Shown here: positions 18,161 through 26,108 of the stretch, piece by piece
Numbering within the stretch: the stretch's first letter is position 1
Layout of the letters: every line of letters begins with the position of its first letter
Origin: a virus
Direction: 5' to 3' (one strand)
DNA: 64,000 nt
IMG/VR virus record: IMGVR_UViG_3300047550_002723
Span: 1-64,000 of that record
Notes under the pieces: generated by a model
The model's database searches: none
The model's input: the letters and a program-made list of their open reading frames with translations, nothing else
What the model was told of the DNA's origin: nothing
Position numbers and translations under genes: made by a program

Positions 18161-18218
18161 GTGATAGAGGGTAAGTCCCTGTTATATCCTTATGAGATAT
18201 ATCACACTTACTCCATCA
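18161..18218 (+). ncRNA. Hairpin ncRNA, abiF-like variant
   Basis: GTAAGT/ACTTAC stem enclosing CCCTGT-TATATC-CTTATGAG-ATATA; directly downstream of TTGACA..TAATAT promoter. Confidence 0.4.
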
Positions 18219-18221
18219 AAA

Positions 18222-18313
18222 GTAGGAAGTGCAACCCCTCTCGCTGGTCTAGTATTCTGTGTCTGGATGAAGGGAAAGGTGATTCTGTCCGCACATAGAA
18301 ATCCCTCCTACCA
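18222..18313 (+). ncRNA. Unknown structured RNA ending in CCA
   Basis: GTAGGA/TCCTAC closing stem, GTGC/GCAC, TTCTGTGT/ACATAGAA pairings; 4 nt before tRNA-Asn. Confidence 0.4.
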
Positions 18314-18317
18314 TTAT

Positions 18318-18390
18318 TCCCCAGTAGCTCAGTGGCAGCAGCAAGAAACTGTTAATTTCAAGGTCGTTCGTTCAAATCGAACCTGGGGAG
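18318..18390 (+). tRNA. trnN: tRNA-Asn(GUU)
   Basis: TCCCCAG/CTGGGGA acceptor, CT-GTT-AA loop, GTTCG-TTCAAAT-CGAAC. Confidence 0.9.
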
Positions 18391-18394
18391 CCTT

Positions 18395-18468
18395 GCCCCC
18401 ATAGTTTTAGCAGTTAAAATAATCGCCTTGTAAGCGATAGTCGCGGGTGCAAATCCTCGCTGGGGGCT
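18395..18468 (+). tRNA. trnT: tRNA-Thr(UGU), atypical D-loop and T-arm
   Basis: GCCCCCA/TGGGGGC, ATCGC-CTTGTAA-GCGAT. Confidence 0.8.
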
Positions 18469-18547
18469 CTTGACATAATACTCATTATGTCTTATAATTT
18501 TCCTATCCGTGTGAAGGAAATGTGCTGGGAGAGAAATCTCCCACTTT

Positions 18548-18619
18548 GCGGTTGTAGTTCAGTGGTAGAACGCTATCCTTCCAAGTTAGATGTCGCCCGT
18601 TCGAATCGGGTCAGCCGCT
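18548..18619 (+). tRNA. trnG: tRNA-Gly(UCC)
   Basis: GCGGTTG/CAGCCGC, CT-TCC-AA loop, TTCGAAT T-loop. Confidence 0.92.
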
Positions 18620-18655
18620 TCGGGAAACCGAATTCCCGTTAATATCTAAATAAAA

Positions 18656-18760
18656 CAAGTGATGAAACCTCAAATACTCGTTGAGTCACTGAACTAAACG
18701 GAGTTTGTCGAAACTCCTTACATCCGCAGGAAACTCTGCGAGAAAATATAGAGGTACTAT
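18656..18760 (+). promoter_or_regulatory. Structured leader of porin-like gene
   Basis: AGTGA/TCACT, GGAGTTT-GTCG-AAACTCC, CGCAG-GAAACT-CTGCG hairpins; upstream CCTC can pair with the GAGG RBS. Confidence 0.45.
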
Positions 18761-18761
18761 T

Positions 18762-19127
18762 ATGTTTAAATCCGCAATCGCAGCTGTTGCTGCAACTCCT
18801 TTCCTTGCTTCGGCTGCATTTGCTGGCCCTTATGTTGAGAGCAAGACTACTGGTGCCGTTGTTGACGGTGATTATACTGGCGCTCAAACTGAACTGCGTG
18901 TTGGTTATGAGCAAAAGACTGGTGGTGTAACCGTGTTTGGTGAAATCGGACCTGGTTATGAGTGGAATAATGGTGGCACTAATGAAGGCGTTGCCGTGGG
19001 TGAAGTTGGTGTGAACTTCCCAATTGCTAACAACCTTACTGGTAAAGTAAAAGTTGCTGGTGAATATGGTTTTGATTCTGAAGTGTTTGGTCTTGGTGGT
19101 GAACTGAAGGTTCGTTACTCCTTCTGA
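18762..19127 (+). CDS. Small outer-membrane beta-barrel (porin-like) protein
   Basis: Signal peptide ..ASAAFA/G, alternating beta strands, C-terminal KVRYSF (terminal Phe). Confidence 0.75.
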   Translation: MFKSAIAAVAATPFLASAAFAGPYVESKTTGAVVDGDYTGAQTELRVGYEQKTGGVTVFGEIGPGYEWNNGGTNEGVAVGEVGVNFPIANNLTGKVKVAGEYGFDSEVFGLGGELKVRYSF

Positions 19128-19206
19128 TAATTACTACATAGTATAAATTGGGGAGTTGACAAAACTCCCTTTTTTAGTGTATTATAAGTAACGAGTTAGA
19201 AGTTTT

Positions 19207-19362
19207 ATGTCTCTTATTTCCCAGCGTGACAGAGAAGTTGCTCTTGAAGCACTTGATTTTTATCTTTTTAATAAAACTGAAGATTTCACTGAAGAAAAAA
19301 GGATGGAATTGAATGCCCTAATTAATTGGATCAAACTGGAATACACCAAGAATGAAAATTAA
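19207..19362 (+). CDS. Small hypothetical protein
   Basis: MSLISQRDREVALEALDFYLF... after TTGACA/TATTAT promoter. Confidence 0.6.
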   Translation: MSLISQRDREVALEALDFYLFNKTEDFTEEKRMELNALINWIKLEYTKNEN

Positions 19363-19516
19363 TTTGTGGTATTGTGTTGATATGAATCAATGGCGTTGGA
19401 CACTTACGGATAGTTCAAGACCAATTCGTAAACAAGAATCAGGTCAAAGAGAAAATCTTCGGGATGCTATGAATGATGTAGCAAATACTGTAGAATATAT
19501 GATGACCAAGATTTAA
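19352..19516 (+). CDS. Small hypothetical protein
   Basis: MKINLWYCVDMNQWRWTLTD...DAMNDVANTVEY. Confidence 0.6.
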   Translation: MKINLWYCVDMNQWRWTLTDSSRPIRKQESGQRENLRDAMNDVANTVEYMMTKI

Positions 19517-19522
19517 TTTCTT

Positions 19523-19595
19523 GGGCGATTAACTCAGCGGTTAGAGTGTCTGCTTTACACGCAGAAAGTCCGCAGTTCGAATCTGCGATTGCCCA
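19523..19595 (+). tRNA. trnV: tRNA-Val(UAC)
   Basis: GGGCGAT/ATTGCCC, TCTGC-TTTACAC-GCAGA, CGCAG-TTCGAAT-CTGCG. Confidence 0.93.
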
Positions 19596-19622
19596 TTATA
19601 AATAATTTGAAAAAGAAGTGTA

Positions 19623-20057
19623 ATGGAATCTCTATATAAACTTCTGAGTGATACGCAAGCATCACTCTTTTTGCTGTTTCAAAAAACTTGGGTCTATCAC
19701 TGGCACATTGTTGGTGAAGATTTTAAACAAATTCATGATTTATTTGGTGAGCAGTATCTTGCCATTCAAGAAGAGATCGATAGACTCTCTGAACATATGA
19801 GATTCTTAGGTATCAAACCCATTAGTTCTTTATCGAGAGTATTGGAAGTTTCTGGAGTTTCAGAAGCAAAAACTAACATTTCTTCAATAGAAATGATTCG
19901 TGATCTTTTGGAAGATCATAAAAAAGTAATTACTATGCTTGACTCTGCTGCCATTGAAGCAGAAGAACAAAAATCAAGAGGCACGATTAATCTTCTTGAT
20001 GATTTAAACGAAGCACATGGAAAATTTGTTTGGATGTTAAGATCATTTACTGAATAA
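19623..20057 (+). CDS. dps: Dps / mini-ferritin
   Basis: HWHIVG.DF.QIH.LF..QY...EEIDRLSE ferroxidase pattern; TATAAATA at 19597-19604. Confidence 0.88.
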   Translation: MESLYKLLSDTQASLFLLFQKTWVYHWHIVGEDFKQIHDLFGEQYLAIQEEIDRLSEHMRFLGIKPISSLSRVLEVSGVSEAKTNISSIEMIRDLLEDHKKVITMLDSAAIEAEEQKSRGTINLLDDLNEAHGKFVWMLRSFTE

Positions 20058-20074
20058 AACTATCTTATAATACA

Positions 20075-20332
20075 ATGGAAAATTTAAGAATCAGATGTCG
20101 TTCCTGTGGTAAGGAAATCGAAGGGCATCATAGTAAAACTGTATCATGCGGTTGTCCTAATATGGCAACTATTCGTGGTGATAAGATTTCGGCAGTTGAC
20201 TTATCTAATGTTGTTATGCTAAACTCTTATCATAATAAAACGAAGACTGGTGTTCTTACTAATGAAGATCTTGCATTTCAAGAATCAAGGCGTCAAAGAA
20301 AAGTAAGAAGACTAGACTTTGAAGTCCGTTGA
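20075..20332 (+). CDS. Small Zn-binding hypothetical protein
   Basis: CRSC..CGCPN. Confidence 0.65.
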   Translation: MENLRIRCRSCGKEIEGHHSKTVSCGCPNMATIRGDKISAVDLSNVVMLNSYHNKTKTGVLTNEDLAFQESRRQRKVRRLDFEVR

Positions 20333-20343
20333 GGACTTTTATT

Positions 20344-20426
20344 GGAGAGAGTCCGGTTGGTCGAGGACACCGCCTTGAAAGCGGCTGGGTTTAAAAGCTT
20401 CGCAGGTTCGATTCCTGTTCTCTCCG
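20344..20426 (+). tRNA. trnS: tRNA-Ser(UGA)
   Basis: GGAGAGA/TCTCTCC, CCGC-CTTGAAA-GCGG, long variable arm, G discriminator. Confidence 0.85.
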
Positions 20427-20539
20427 TTTAAGAATTGCAACAAAATTTAAGATTGTCTTAAACACTTTCTTGAAATCAACACATAGTTGACATAGTAGAA
20501 TTACTCACTAGCATAACTAGTAGTATTCACCTCAAACTT

Positions 20540-20689
20540 ATGGATCAACACACCTACGATAATTGGGTGAAGATCAAGGAAACTTTCGAAGCTTCTGGAA
20601 ATCTAGATAATATGTTTTATAAGAGAGCAGTTGAAATTGTAAAAACCCGAAGAGATCCCCTAGCAAAGTTTCTTGGAGATGAAAAATGA
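20540..20689 (+). CDS. Small hypothetical protein
   Basis: MDQHTYDNWVKIKETFEASGNLDNMFYKRA... Confidence 0.6.
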   Translation: MDQHTYDNWVKIKETFEASGNLDNMFYKRAVEIVKTRRDPLAKFLGDEK

Positions 20690-20892
20690 TGGAACCCTTT
20701 GATGATGATTATGTGACTCGCACCGAAGTTCAGGAGATGATCGATGCAGCAATACGACAACACAACCGTAATGCTTCTATCATTAGTATGTGCGTCGGTT
20801 GGGTGGTTCTTGCTTTATTTGCTGAGGGACTTTTGAGACTTGTAGGAGTGATTCCACCACTACTTCCTTTTCTTAAAATTACATTGAACTAA
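20686..20892 (+). CDS. Small membrane protein
   Basis: EMIDAAIRQHNRNASIISMCVGWVVLALF TM segment. Confidence 0.65.
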   Translation: MMEPFDDDYVTRTEVQEMIDAAIRQHNRNASIISMCVGWVVLALFAEGLLRLVGVIPPLLPFLKITLN

Positions 20893-21070
20893 TGGTATCA
20901 ATTACAGAAGAAGATTTAAAAGAATTACAAAGAATAGTTTTACAGCAGAAGATAGACGAATTATTTGAAGAACCATCTACTTACGAGGATGAAGAAGATG
21001 AGTAGCACAATCTTTAAAGCAATCTGTATTTTTAGTCTCATAGCAATTTTTATAAATTGGGGACTTCACA

Positions 21071-21268
21071 ATGCCTATCCACAATAAGAAGTATCAGTTT
21101 GCAATGTCTGCTTTTGTAAGAATGTACGGGCATGGTGTGAATTATAATCATGATATCAGGCAGTTTTGTATAGAATGGTCTGAGTGGGATGTAAGTGTTC
21201 CTTTATCAGGTCTTGATGAGGTAGATCAATATTTTTACTATGAATATAAGAATTGGAGAGGAAGATGA
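21071..21268 (+). CDS. Hypothetical protein
   Basis: 65-aa ORF in tightly packed small-gene run. Confidence 0.55.
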   Translation: MPIHNKKYQFAMSAFVRMYGHGVNYNHDIRQFCIEWSEWDVSVPLSGLDEVDQYFYYEYKNWRGR

Positions 21269-21389
21269 TTTTTCACATCGTAGAAACACTCGCAGCAAGT
21301 CCAGTCTGGTTGGGACTTTGTGGTGCAGGATTGACAATCTTACCCTTTATGGGTATAATGCTTATACACCGAACTAAATAACGGTGTAT

Positions 21390-21465
21390 CCGGATATCGC
21401 CTAACTTGGTCATGGCACCTGCTTTGGGAGCAGGAATAATTTCAGTTCAAATCTGAATATCCGGA
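21390..21465 (+). tRNA. trnP: tRNA-Pro(UGG)
   Basis: CCGGATA/TATCCGG, CCTGC-TTTGGGA-GCAGG, TTCAG-TTCAAAT-CTGAA. Confidence 0.9.
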
Positions 21466-21541
21466 CTTGCCAGTTTCTTCACTGGCACACTTGACTAAAC
21501 ACTCAACAACCCTTATAATACTAAGGCAACAAATCAAAACA

Positions 21542-21754
21542 ATGTCTCTGATTCAAAAATTCAAAAAAGATGTTAGCACTCTTCGTCTTGCTGCTAACGG
21601 GGAAATCTATCTTGATGTAAAGAGTCCGAAACTTTATAAAAAGGTACGTCGTTTTTATGAAAACGAAGGAGTAGTATTTTCTGGTGACCCCCTTGACGAC
21701 TACGAAATGCTTATGGAGTATGTCGCCAGTGATCTTGAGGCAGTTGAAGTCTGA
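21542..21754 (+). CDS. Hypothetical protein
   Basis: MSLIQKFKKDVSTLRLAANGEIYLDV...; TTGACT..TATAAT promoter upstream. Confidence 0.7.
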   Translation: MSLIQKFKKDVSTLRLAANGEIYLDVKSPKLYKKVRRFYENEGVVFSGDPLDDYEMLMEYVASDLEAVEV

Positions 21755-22020
21755 TGAAAGTGGTGAAAAAACCAACCGTTCTTATGGAACGGTTTCCTTA
21801 TCGTTATATTCAGGTCGGTACTTTGGAAATCAATGGAAAACCTGACTGTCGCATTCAAAAAGTAGATTCTTATACTGGTAGATATCGTGATATGTATCTC
21901 TGCGATAATGAGATGCAACTTATGACTGCTATGGAAGATTTTGAATATACTCTCTGGTTAGATGACCAACCATGTTACATAGATATGAGGGAGAATATCG
22001 GAGTATCTCATTATAAATAA
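21754..22020 (+). CDS. Conserved cyanophage hypothetical protein
   Basis: ERFPYRYIQVG..NGKPDCRIQK..RYRDMYLCDN. Confidence 0.7.
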   Translation: MKVVKKPTVLMERFPYRYIQVGTLEINGKPDCRIQKVDSYTGRYRDMYLCDNEMQLMTAMEDFEYTLWLDDQPCYIDMRENIGVSHYK

Positions 22021-22039
22021 CCAGAGATACTCCAATAAA

Positions 22040-22546
22040 ATGCCATATAAAAACAAAGAAGATGCTGCAGCGCAAAAGAGACGATGGAGATTAGCTAATC
22101 CTGAAAAAGTATCTGAATCTCAACGAAGATATAGGGAAAATAACCCATACAAATATGCTGATAAAAGAACAAAAGAACAGCATAAAATAAAAAATAGTCT
22201 TCAAAGAGAGAAAAGAAAAACTATTCTTTTTGAACATCTTGGCAATAAATGCTGTAAGTGTGGTTCTACAAAAAATCTAGAACTAGATCATATCAATCCT
22301 CTTCTTAAAACTACTAGACAATCTATTTTGTCCGTTGGTCTTGAGAGAGCACTTGAAGAATGTGATAACATTCAACTTCTGTGTAAAGAGTGTCATACTA
22401 GAAAAAGTCAGGCACAGAAAAAAGCGGCATATTATCTCTTTTATAATATGCCGCTAGAAGAGCAAGAAAAGTGGATTGAAAAGTTTATAGATCATAAAGG
22501 TTTTATAGATAGATTAAGTCCTCTAAAAGACACGGATGGTCTATAA
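22040..22546 (+). CDS. Free-standing HNH endonuclease
   Basis: CCKCGS..LELDHINP..NIQLLCKECH; basic N-terminus; own late promoter. Confidence 0.88.
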   Translation: MPYKNKEDAAAQKRRWRLANPEKVSESQRRYRENNPYKYADKRTKEQHKIKNSLQREKRKTILFEHLGNKCCKCGSTKNLELDHINPLLKTTRQSILSVGLERALEECDNIQLLCKECHTRKSQAQKKAAYYLFYNMPLEEQEKWIEKFIDHKGFIDRLSPLKDTDGL

Positions 22547-22558
22547 CAGCACTGGTCG

Positions 22559-22816
22559 GTGATGAAATCCCCCTTAACAAAAAACACCGATGTAATGCGT
22601 TACATTGGTAATATTCTTCTCCTCTCAGGATACTTTGTCCTTCTATGGGGAGATCCAAAAACTGGATTGCTTATAAAGTGTATTGGAAATGTTTTTGTCA
22701 TTCCTTTTGCTATCAAGTATAAGTTTTGGGACATTCTTATATTATGTGGTTTTTATGCTGCAATTGAAGTTCCAAAATTAATTCAACTAACCTTTCCTAA
22801 TTTGTTTATAAATTAG
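22559..22816 (+). CDS. Small multi-pass membrane protein
   Basis: Three hydrophobic segments; likely start ATG ~22595 (MRYIGNILLLSGYF). Confidence 0.6.
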   Translation: MMKSPLTKNTDVMRYIGNILLLSGYFVLLWGDPKTGLLIKCIGNVFVIPFAIKYKFWDILILCGFYAAIEVPKLIQLTFPNLFIN

Positions 22817-22942
22817 GTGGTGGAGTCAATGACCCATTGAGTTTCCAATCTCTCTTTAAAGGATTGGTGGTGCGGATGGGGTTATCCCGCCTGGTTTCTA
22901 ATTTCCAGTCAAAGAATTGGTGGCGTGCATGGCGAACCTAAT
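22812..22942 (+). ncRNA. wcaG RNA motif-like element
   Basis: Tandem GTTTC-stem-loop-TGGTG units closed by ATTAGGT/ACCTAAT, upstream of gmd/fcl cluster, the context described for wcaG RNA in cyanophages. Confidence 0.7.
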
Positions 22943-22946
22943 ATTA

Positions 22947-22983
22947 AAGGTGGGTTGCATAAACCCACCTTTTTTAGTATAAT
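22947..22983 (+). terminator. Terminator overlapping sigma70-type promoter
   Basis: AAGGTGGGTT/AACCCACCTT + T-run; TTGCAT(22955)-17bp-TATAAT(22978). Confidence 0.7.
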
Positions 22984-23006
22984 AACTAGATATCAAATCA
23001 TACCTT

Positions 23007-23831
23007 ATGAATTTACATTTGACCTATTTTGGAGACAGTAATTTCTCCATAGGTAAGAATAGAATCAGAAAGCAAGCAGAAAACTTTGAAGTCTTTGAAA
23101 CAATTCAGGAGTTTGGGGAATCTGACTTGGAGGATAATCTATTTTGGGAGCAATATGCAAAACCAATGATGAATCCTCGTGTAGGAATGCCTAGAAGGTA
23201 TTATGGATATTATGCGTGTAAACCTTACTTTATTCTCAAAGCACTAGAAAATATTCCCGAAGATGATGTGCTTCTTTATGTTGATTCTGGGTGTGAGTTG
23301 AATAAAAACGGTTTAGAGAAACTGAAACAATATTATGAAGAGTGTCTCGAAACTCAGGGAGTCTTCTTTACTTTAGATCTTCCAGAAATTCAGTGGACAA
23401 AGATGGATACCTATCGCTATATTGTTGGAGACAATGATGAATACCTAATGACCCGACAAGTTATTTCCGGTATCTTTTTCCTGAAGAATACACCTATGAT
23501 TCGTGAGTTAGTTCAGAAATGGACTGATGTTTGTGTTGAAGATAGTGGAAGATATCTTGATGATAGTCCTTCAATTCTTCCAAATCATGAAATTTTTAGA
23601 GAGAATAGACATGACCAATCTATTTGGTCTTTACTATTGAAGAAAAAGTCAGAAACACATGACTTTACATTTCATGATGATGATACTTATGAAACTATTT
23701 GGAACTCTGCAGGAATGTCAGGAGTGCCTGTAGGACAGCAACAAGCACAAATTTGGAATACCTACGGTAGAGAGTATCCAATCTGGGCAACTAGAAGCGG
23801 TCAAATAGACTTTACAAATTGTGAGGTATGA
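23007..23831 (+). CDS. Putative glycosyltransferase (GT-A-like)
   Basis: KPYFILKAL..LLYVDSGC, ENRHDQSIWSLL. Confidence 0.65.
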   Translation: MNLHLTYFGDSNFSIGKNRIRKQAENFEVFETIQEFGESDLEDNLFWEQYAKPMMNPRVGMPRRYYGYYACKPYFILKALENIPEDDVLLYVDSGCELNKNGLEKLKQYYEECLETQGVFFTLDLPEIQWTKMDTYRYIVGDNDEYLMTRQVISGIFFLKNTPMIRELVQKWTDVCVEDSGRYLDDSPSILPNHEIFRENRHDQSIWSLLLKKKSETHDFTFHDDDTYETIWNSAGMSGVPVGQQQAQIWNTYGREYPIWATRSGQIDFTNCEV

Positions 23832-24169
23832 AGGAAAGATTTGAGAGACCTTGGGGTTGGTATGAAAATCTCAAAGAAGAGACTGGATATAAAGTAAAGA
23901 GACTTTATGTGCAACCAAATCAAAAGATATCTTTACAATATCACAATCATAGAGATGAGCATTGGGTTGTAGTGTCTGGTGATGGAATATTAGAATTAAA
24001 CAAAGACAATAAAAATTTAAAAGTTGGAGATCATATTCTTATACCAGTTTTGTCTAAACATCGAATTACTGGTGGAAACAGTGGTATAATAATTATAGAA
24101 GTTCAACTCGGAAAAATCTGCAATGAAGAAGACATTGTTAGAATTGAAGACGCATACGGAAGGATTTAA
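23828..24169 (+). CDS. Mannose-6-phosphate isomerase type II cupin
   Basis: ERPWGWY, SLQYHNHRDEHWVVVSG, IEVQLG..EEDIVRIED. Confidence 0.88.
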   Translation: MKERFERPWGWYENLKEETGYKVKRLYVQPNQKISLQYHNHRDEHWVVVSGDGILELNKDNKNLKVGDHILIPVLSKHRITGGNSGIIIIEVQLGKICNEEDIVRIEDAYGRI

Positions 24170-24172
24170 CTC

Positions 24173-25174
24173 ATGAAAAAAGCATTAATTACAGGAATTA
24201 CAGGTCAAGATGGGTCGTATCTCGCAGAATTACTACTTGAAAAAGGTTATGAAGTTCATGGCATTGTCAGACGAGCATCCCTTATTAATACTGATCGTAT
24301 TGACCATATCTATGATTCTATTACTCTCCATTACGGTGACCTTACTGATTCTACCAATCTTGTAAGAATCATTCAGATTGTGCAACCAGATGAAATTTAT
24401 AATCTTGGTGCTCAAAGTCATGTGAAGGTTTCTTTTGAGATACCTGAATATACTGGACAGGTAGATGCTTTAGGAACACTGCGTATTCTAGAAGCAGTGC
24501 GTCTTTTGGGTATGGAAAAGAATGTCCGTATCTATCAAGCATCAACTAGTGAATTATATGGATTAGTGCAGGAGATTCCGCAAAGAGAAACCACACCATT
24601 CTATCCTCGCTCGCCCTATGGTTGTGCAAAGATTTATGGATACTGGATTACAAAAAATTACCGAGAGTCTTATGGGATGTATGCCTGCACAGGTATTCTT
24701 TTTAATCATGAATCCCCTCGTCGCGGTGAGACATTTGTTACTCGTAAAATCACCCGCGCTCTCTCAAGAATATCTACAGGACAGCAAAAGATTCTTGAGT
24801 TGGGAAATTTGAATGCAAAAAGAGACTGGGGGCACGCAAAAGACTTTGTGGAGGCGATGTGGTTGATGTTGCAGCAAGAAACTCCAGATGATTTTGTAAT
24901 TGCAACTGGAGAGCAATACTCTGTGCGTGAGTTTGTAGAAGAAGCAGCACCTTACTTTGGTATGAAAATTGTCTGGGAAGGTGAAGGTTTGAATGAAGTT
25001 GGTATTGATAAAAATACTGGAAAAACGATTGTCAGAGTCAACCCTAAATATTTCCGACCTGCTGAAGTAGAGACTTTGTTAGGTGATGCCACAAAGGCTA
25101 AAGAAAAATTAGGTTGGACACCTAAAACTTCTTTCAAACAATTAGTTGAGGATATGTGCATTTATGGACAGTGA
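24173..25174 (+). CDS. gmd: GDP-mannose 4,6-dehydratase
   Basis: [38 protein letters not shown]. Confidence 0.97.
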   Translation: MKKALITGITGQDGSYLAELLLEKGYEVHGIVRRASLINTDRIDHIYDSITLHYGDLTDSTNLVRIIQIVQPDEIYNLGAQSHVKVSFEIPEYTGQVDALGTLRILEAVRLLGMEKNVRIYQASTSELYGLVQEIPQRETTPFYPRSPYGCAKIYGYWITKNYRESYGMYACTGILFNHESPRRGETFVTRKITRALSRISTGQQKILELGNLNAKRDWGHAKDFVEAMWLMLQQETPDDFVIATGEQYSVREFVEEAAPYFGMKIVWEGEGLNEVGIDKNTGKTIVRVNPKYFRPAEVETLLGDATKAKEKLGWTPKTSFKQLVEDMCIYGQ

Positions 25175-26108
25175 TTCTAAGATTTTTATTGCAGGGCATA
25201 GAGGTCTTGTAGGGTCTGCAATTTCTAGACATCTAACATCTAATGGTTATACAAATCTTTTGACTCGCTCTAGAGCACAATTGGATTTGAGAATTCAAAA
25301 AGATGTTGATGAATTCTTTGCTGTAGAAAGACCTGAATATGTTTTTCTTGGTGCAGCAAAGGTAGGTGGTATTGGTTACAATAAAGCAATTCCTGCAGAC
25401 TTTATTCGTGAAAATTTGCAGATTCAAACTAATGTAATTGATGCAGCATATCGTAATGGATGTAAGAAGTTGCTCTTCTTAGGATCTGCTTGTATCTATC
25501 CGAAACATGCTCCAGTGCCAATCAAAGAGGAGTATTTGATGACTGGACCACTTGAAGAAACAAACATCTCATATTCACTAGCAAAAATTGCTGGATATAT
25601 GATGTGTAAAAAGTATACAGAGCAGTATGGATTCCCAACTGTATCTGTGATGCCCAATAATCTTTATGGAATCAATGATAATTTCATTCTTGAGCAGTGT
25701 CATGTGATTCCAAGTTTTATTAATAAGTTTGTTACCGCAAAAGATTCTGGTGCTGAAAGTGTAGTTTGCTTTGGTGATGGAAGTCCTACTAGAGAGTTTC
25801 TCTTCTCTGATGACCTTGCAGATGGTCTTGTTTTTCTGATGAATAATTATGAAGACCCAGAAATTATTAATATTGGTCCTGAAAGAGAAGTAAGTATTAA
25901 AGAACTTTCTGAAATCGTTTCAAGACTTGTTGAGTATAATGGTGAATTAATTTGGGATACAAGTAAACCAAATGGCACTCCACGCAGAGCACTTGATACT
26001 TCAAAGATGACTTCTTTGGGATGGAAAGCAAAAACTTCTCTTGAAGATGGGCTAAAAACTACTATTGATTGGTTTCTAAAAAATAGGAGTAACTATGTCA
26101 GACTATAA
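25164..26108 (+). CDS. fcl: GDP-L-fucose/colitose synthase (Fcl/WcaG/ColC family)
   Basis: [38 protein letters not shown]. Confidence 0.92.
   Translation: MDSDSKIFIAGHRGLVGSAISRHLTSNGYTNLLTRSRAQLDLRIQKDVDEFFAVERPEYVFLGAAKVGGIGYNKAIPADFIRENLQIQTNVIDAAYRNGCKKLLFLGSACIYPKHAPVPIKEEYLMTGPLEETNISYSLAKIAGYMMCKKYTEQYGFPTVSVMPNNLYGINDNFILEQCHVIPSFINKFVTAKDSGAESVVCFGDGSPTREFLFSDDLADGLVFLMNNYEDPEIINIGPEREVSIKELSEIVSRLVEYNGELIWDTSKPNGTPRRALDTSKMTSLGWKAKTSLEDGLKTTIDWFLKNRSNYVRL

Noticed and set aside
18192-18404. 70-aa ORF
   Set aside because: Runs through structured RNAs and tRNA-Asn
20344-20426. Selenocysteine or suppressor tRNA
   Set aside because: Anticodon is UGA (reads UCA, Ser), with 7/5 acceptor/T stems
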